In this document: positions 58,611 through 64,000 of the stretch, piece by piece
How positions within the stretch are numbered: the stretch's first letter is position 1
How the letters are laid out: the number at the start of each line of letters is the position of its first letter
Source of the DNA: Octopus vulgaris
Taxonomy: Eukaryota
Length of the DNA stretch: 64,000 nt
Reading direction: 5' to 3'
NCBI GenBank assembly: GCA_951406725.2
Contig: OX597842.1
Coordinates: 27,404,001 to 27,468,000 of the forward strand
Notes under the pieces: generated by a model
Databases searched by the model: none
Told to the model about the DNA's origin: nothing
What the model saw: the letters and a program-made list of their open reading frames with translations, nothing else
Program-made: the position numbers and the translations under genes

Positions 58611-59380
58611 GTAAGTTTTATTTTGTTGTTGTTTTAGTTTTGCTTTTTAAATCATTTTTCCTTAACATTTAGTTTTCTAAAAATATTTGTTTCAAATATC
58701 ATTTACATTAACTTGGAGAATAATTTTTTTCTGCCAGTTTTTAATGTTTGTTTTTACAAATATGTTATATTATTTATTTGGTTTTAGTCAATATAGTTAC
58801 AATCATTTTACAGCAGTGCTTGTATCATCATCATCATCATTGTTTTTTTTGTTTTTTGACATCTGATCCATTTTCACATGGCGTACGTCTCAGCAAGACA
58901 ATTTACGAAATGTCTAAGTGGTACATCCCGAATGTTTTTAAAAATTGTATTGATTCATTTTTCACAATAAAAATATTTCAAAAACACAGGAAGTTTTTGA
59001 AGATGATCCAAAAATATGATGTATGCATATCAGGAGTATTTGACAGTCCCAAAACACTTAGGAAGCAATGGGTTCTGACAACCAGGATTTTGTTAGAGGT
59101 TGGTTATGTCAGTGCATGACCAACCAATCGGATTTCTGAGTGAGAGGCTGGATCTGACCAGTTTGGACATAAAAACGTGAAACATTTTGGCCCGATATGG
59201 CCAGTTTAAATGCTAAATGGTTAATGTTTTAACTGAGAACCACATTTTCAATGCCTTCTCTCAAACTACCATTGGATATAATGAGTAATTAGATCTACAA
59301 GGTTAATTATCATTTAATCATTATAACACAAATAGTAAACAATCCTGTTGATCAAAAATATTTCTTTTCCTCTTTTACAG

Positions 59381-59419
59381 ATTTCACAAGAGCAGAAAAA
59401 TATAAAATTATTCAAAGTG
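59381..59419 (+). CDS. Gene B micro-exon S1 (39 nt): (Y)FTRAEKYKIIQS
   Basis: cttttcctcttttacag|...AGTG|gtaaat; phase 1-1; supplies a plausible signal peptidase site TRA-EK. Confidence 0.82.
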
Positions 59420-60087
59420 GTAAATGGATTTACAAACCTTTTTCTCCCTTGAAACTAAATAGTCTTTTGAAATCTGTCTTCTATCTCTTTCTCTTAACTC
59501 AGAAGATTTAGTCACTGTTTGGGGTGTCTTTTTATTTTTTGCTTTTTAAAAAAATTCTTAGGCAGTTCACTAACACAACTCAGTCACTGATATTGTTCTT
59601 TAGATAAAGCTACAGCTTTGAATCTGCCCATGGTTATCTCCCTTTGGCATTTCCCATTGATGAAGGTTAAAGAGCAAGAAACACGCATTGGGGAGTCCAC
59701 TGAGGAGTGGTTTACATCTCAGGTTGAGATGGCTGTTGGGGGTCCGTATAAGATTTTGTTGCTAAAATTTATGCACAATTAATTGGTTTTAGCTTTACAG
59801 TACACCAAATTTTTAATCAATTTTTTAAATACAGTTCCTAATAATATTTAATTATAAAAATAGGATTTTTTAAAACATGAAATGTTTATAAGGGCCCACC
59901 CGAGCAAAACAGGAATCAAAAGGGACCATAGGTGAAGAATGGTTGAAAATCATTGTGTTATAGGGAAGCACTGGGCAGATATGGTGTTTTCACACCTTTT
60001 ACCATCAGTGAGAAATTCTGGTAAATGCAGTAAATTTGCCTTTAGAAGTTAAAATATGTCACAAACATATTTTAACTAAGGAGCACA

Positions 60088-60154
<67 letters not shown>

Positions 60155-61504
60155 GTCATCATCATGAAATGTCCATGGATTGAGCTGTTCAATAGGATCC
60201 AGCAAGCCACAGGATTGTGTTGAGCTCCAATCCCTGAATAGGCAGGGCTTATATTGTTTGATGACCCACCTAACACCGACCACTTTACAGAGTGTAGTGG
60301 CTGCCCCTTTTCATTGAACCACCATTCATTTGGTTACTGTTATAGCTGGGATTATGATAGTCATTCTAAATAGGATTGCGGTTATCATGTCTATCATCAT
60401 AATTTGATGTCCACGGCCCCTTTTTAATGTCAATCATTTTACAGAGTAATTGAGCCTTTTATTAACATGCAGTACCAAATAACTGGAAAGACAGAGGGAA
60501 AAGAAGAAAAAACCCTTGACTGGGGAGTGTTGCGGAGATGGATGTGGCTTTACACAATGTGTTGAGAGGTTGAAGTATGATAGAAGGACAGGAACATGTG
60601 TCTTACTGTAGAGAGTATATATGGTGATACTGCATTATATAAGGCAGGGCATGAGTAAATGGATAGATATGTGATTTATTCAGACATACACCCATGTCTG
60701 ACGAACACACTGAATATTTTTTTTAACCTCTTAATATAGGGTTTGGACGTAGAGAAGTTTCTCCATTTCATATTGAAATTGGTCCCTTAATCTTTAAGTT
60801 TCCAGATTAAAGCCAAAAGGGTTCTTGTCATGGTATCTATTAAAACACTTGAGAACCTCCAATGAATACATAAATTCAAGGAATGAGATTTTTTTACTGT
60901 ATGTCCGCATCTCAGAAAATACATGTTGTCAGAATTTAAAAGGATACTACCAGACACTTAGTTAAGCATTAACATCTGGTTTACATCTGCTTGCCATAGA
61001 ATTGTTGTAATGTGGGTTATCTCCCTTGCTGCCTTAACATATACATACATAACAACATACATAGAAATAAGAGCTAAAGTGCTCTGGTGCTGCAGTCAAT
61101 GCACATGCTTGCATACATACATACATACTGGCAGCAACTGCAAATGGGTGAAAGTGGCAGTCGTGGTATCCCTGGACTGTCGACAGTTTGGGTTTTAACA
61201 CAGAAGCCTCATCACCGACCCTGTTTTTGAGTGCTTATTTTAAGCATGGTACTTATTCTATTAGTCCCGCTAAGTTATAGGGATGTGAACACACCAACGC
61301 TGGTTGTAAAAACAGTGGTGGGGGACAAACACTGACACACACACACACATGATGGACTTCTTATAGTTTCCGTCTACCAAATCCACTAGGTTTTGGTTGG
61401 CCCCAAGGTTATTGTAGAAGCTTACCCAGGGTGCCATGCAGTGGGACTGAACCCAGAACCATGTGGTTGGGCTGTAATCTTCTTACTTGATTTCTTTATT
61501 TCAG

Positions 61505-61753
61505 AAAATGTTGTGCTTGGAGGAAGTGCTAGACTTTCTATATATATTCCAAACATGAAGAGACCTGTGGTGTGGAAATGTGGAAACTATAAATACGAAT
61601 GTGACAGAACATGCGCTAATGGCCATGACTATACAGTTACCCACAATGGTAACCATTCTGTTCTTTGGATCCGAAAAGTAACGAAGGAATGTTTGACTTG
61701 GAGATTTGGAGATGGCAATCATAATTTTGGAAAAATTCATTTGAAGATAAACA
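61505..61753 (+). CDS. Gene B Ig-like domain exon D1 (249 nt)
   Basis: ctttatttcag|...AACA|gtaagg; (E)NVVLGGSARLSIYIPNMKRPVVWKCGNYKYECDRTCANGHDYTVTHNGNHSVLWIRKVTKECLTWRFGDGNHNFGKIHLKIN; about half identical to gene A D1 by eye. Confidence 0.88.
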
Positions 61754-61767
61754 GTAAGGAAATGATT

Positions 61768-61823
<56 letters not shown>

Positions 61824-63132
61824 GATAAATGTGCAAAAGGAAAAAAATGATAGAAATATCCAACGTTAAGCAATGATGATGATGATTTCTTTTATTTGCT
61901 ACACAGGCTAAGGATAAGGGGACAACACAATGATAGGCGTAAAGTGTAGGGAGTTTACATGTTATGGAATGATAATAAAATATATAAACGATTTAACTTA
62001 AACGAAGATAGGAAGTATAGATTGCATACAACAACAGGAGATAAAAGAAAGAGATGACAGTGTTGTATCTAGGGATAACCAAGGAATTTCATCATCCAAG
62101 ATCTCCCTGAACACCAAGGGTATGTGACCCCTCCGATTCCTACTCTCCAACCCAAACAACTGGTTGTTTTTAAAGAGGCACGGGTGCCTCTTGTGTGTCA
62201 CTCGTACAAGTGTCTTTCACGTGTCACCGACACTGGCCATGGCCACAATTTCACTGAGCTTGACTTGTCTTCTCAAGTACAGCAGATGGTCAGAAATCTC
62301 GGTCACTGGTCATTGCTTCTGTGAAACTCAACATCTAAACATCATATTTCACCGACCCGTCCCAAATCTTACCGTGTCAACCTCTTCCATGGCTTGCCTC
62401 CACAGTTAGAAATCGGTACTTCTTTACACAACTGTCGTTGTACATTTAATTTTAGAATGACATTATCGGATAGTTGAGAAACTTTAATATGGGCCAGATA
62501 TGGTTGGTTTAATCCTTCAAGGTTCAGATCACTCTGTCAAGTGTAATGTTCATTCATTTGCATTGTTTTGAATTAATCATTCATTATCTTCTTACGACAT
62601 TTTGATGATGTAATTGTTTATCTTTAAACTGACATTGTAGGGTAGGAGTGAGAGGCTGGATCTGGCCAATTTGAACATAAAACAGGTAGAATATTTGGCG
62701 TGGATATGGCAAGTTTAAATACTAAACAATTAATTCTTTAGCATTTAGATTAATCTATCAAATGTAATGCTTATTAATTCAAAATGTTTTGAATTAATTA
62801 TTCATTATCTTGTAGATTTCAGATTTAGATGATTGCTTAATTTTACAATGACATTGTAAGTTTGGTGTGAGAGGCTGGATCTGACCAGTTTGGATATAAG
62901 AAAGGTGAAACATTTTGGCCAGACATGGCCAGTTTAAAAGCTAAATCGTTGTTAATGTTTGAACAGAGAACCACATGTTCAATGCCTTCTCTCACACTGC
63001 CACTGTATATAATGTGTAATTAGATCTACTCGTGTTAATTACTATTTAATTATCGTAACAGAAATAGGAAACAATCTTGTTGATCGAATGTAAAATCTGA
63101 AATTCAAAAGTCCTTGTATTCATCTTCCACAG

Positions 63133-63189
63133 ATTTGGCAAGTGCAAATGATTTGAGATCAGAAGGAGTTAAAAATTTCACCCAAAGTG
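63133..63189 (+). CDS. Gene B micro-exon S2 (57 nt): (N)LASANDLRSEGVKNFTQS; the gene continues past the window
   Basis: catcttccacag|...AGTG|gtaagt; phase 1-1; lies in block ~62866-63840, which duplicates ~59140-60078. Confidence 0.78.
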
Positions 63190-63905
63190 GTAAGTGGATT
63201 ACCTTATCCCCTTTCGCCTTCTAAACTAGACACAACTTTTTCAATTCTCTCTTCTGTTTCTTTAACTCAACTCATAAATTTTATTCACTGTTTCATTTGT
63301 GTTTTTTGATTTCTTAAAACATTTATTCCGACCAGGCAGTTCACTAGCACAACTCAGTCACTGATAGTGACTGCTCTTTAGATAAAACAACAGCTTTGAA
63401 TCTGCTCAGGTTTATCTTTCTCTGGAGTTTCCCATTGATAAAGGCCAATGAGCCAGAATCACTCATTGAGGAATCTACTAGAATAGTGGTTTTTAACCGG
63501 GGTCAATATGGCTGTTGGGGGTCCATATAGGATTTTGTTGTTAAAATTTATGTACAATTAATTGGTTTTAGCTTTACAGTACACCAAATTTTTAATCAAT
63601 TTTTTAAATACAATTCCTAATAATATTTAATTATAAAAATAGGATTTTTTAAAACATGAAATGGTTATAAGGGTCCACCTGAGTGAAATAGAAATCAAAA
63701 GGGTTGCATTGTGTTATAGGTAAGCACTGGGCAGATATGGTGTTTTCACACCTTTTACCATCAGTGAGAAATCCTTCTCTTTGGTAAATGCAGTAAATTT
63801 GCCTTTAGAAGTTAAAATATGTCACAAACATATTTTAACTAAAGAGGGATTACTTATGATTGGTAGTTTCACTCTTAGGGCACAAATAATAATAATAATA
63901 ATAAT

Positions 63906-64000
63906 CCTGGAAACATGGATCCTAGAAACAGTAGCCATGAACAAGGTAGCACCAATAATTATAAAATATATAAAACTCTCTATGAATAAATAGCGGACAG
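63906..64000 (+). mobile_element. Start of another 5'-truncated Dong copy after (TAA)n
   Basis: TWILETVAMNKVAPIIIKYIKLSMNK* matches TWILETLAINKVAPTIIKFIGHSMNKW in the 54643-55110 segment. Confidence 0.8.

Overview
This is AT-rich, repeat-dense animal genomic DNA. The SINE and LINE families and the microsatellite load suggest an octopod cephalopod (inference). Most of the window is (TA)n/(CA)n/(TAA)n/(GAT)n microsatellites, three tRNA-derived SINE families (some in tandem arrays), CR1/Jockey-group, R4/Dong and RTE LINE copies, an ORF1-only L1/Tx1-like element, a mariner relic and MITEs. Two paralogous + strand multi-exon genes, not resolved by the ORF track, are hidden among the repeats. Gene A (coding exons 14840-35906) reconstructs as a type I membrane protein: signal peptide, 3-4 atypical V-set-like Ig domains lacking the canonical B-F cysteines, a Thr-rich (ETTTTKDA)x3 stalk, one TM helix and a 21-aa basic tail. 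Gene B starts at 58568 with the same exon design and runs off the window. All internal exons are symmetric phase-1 cassettes (a 39/57-nt micro-exon plus a 249/252-nt domain exon). Recent duplications, one with breakpoints in a SINE array, have copied one domain exon and one micro-exon. This looks like a rapidly diversifying cell-surface receptor cluster. All exon calls were made by eye from splice signals, frame and paralogy; no database searches were run.
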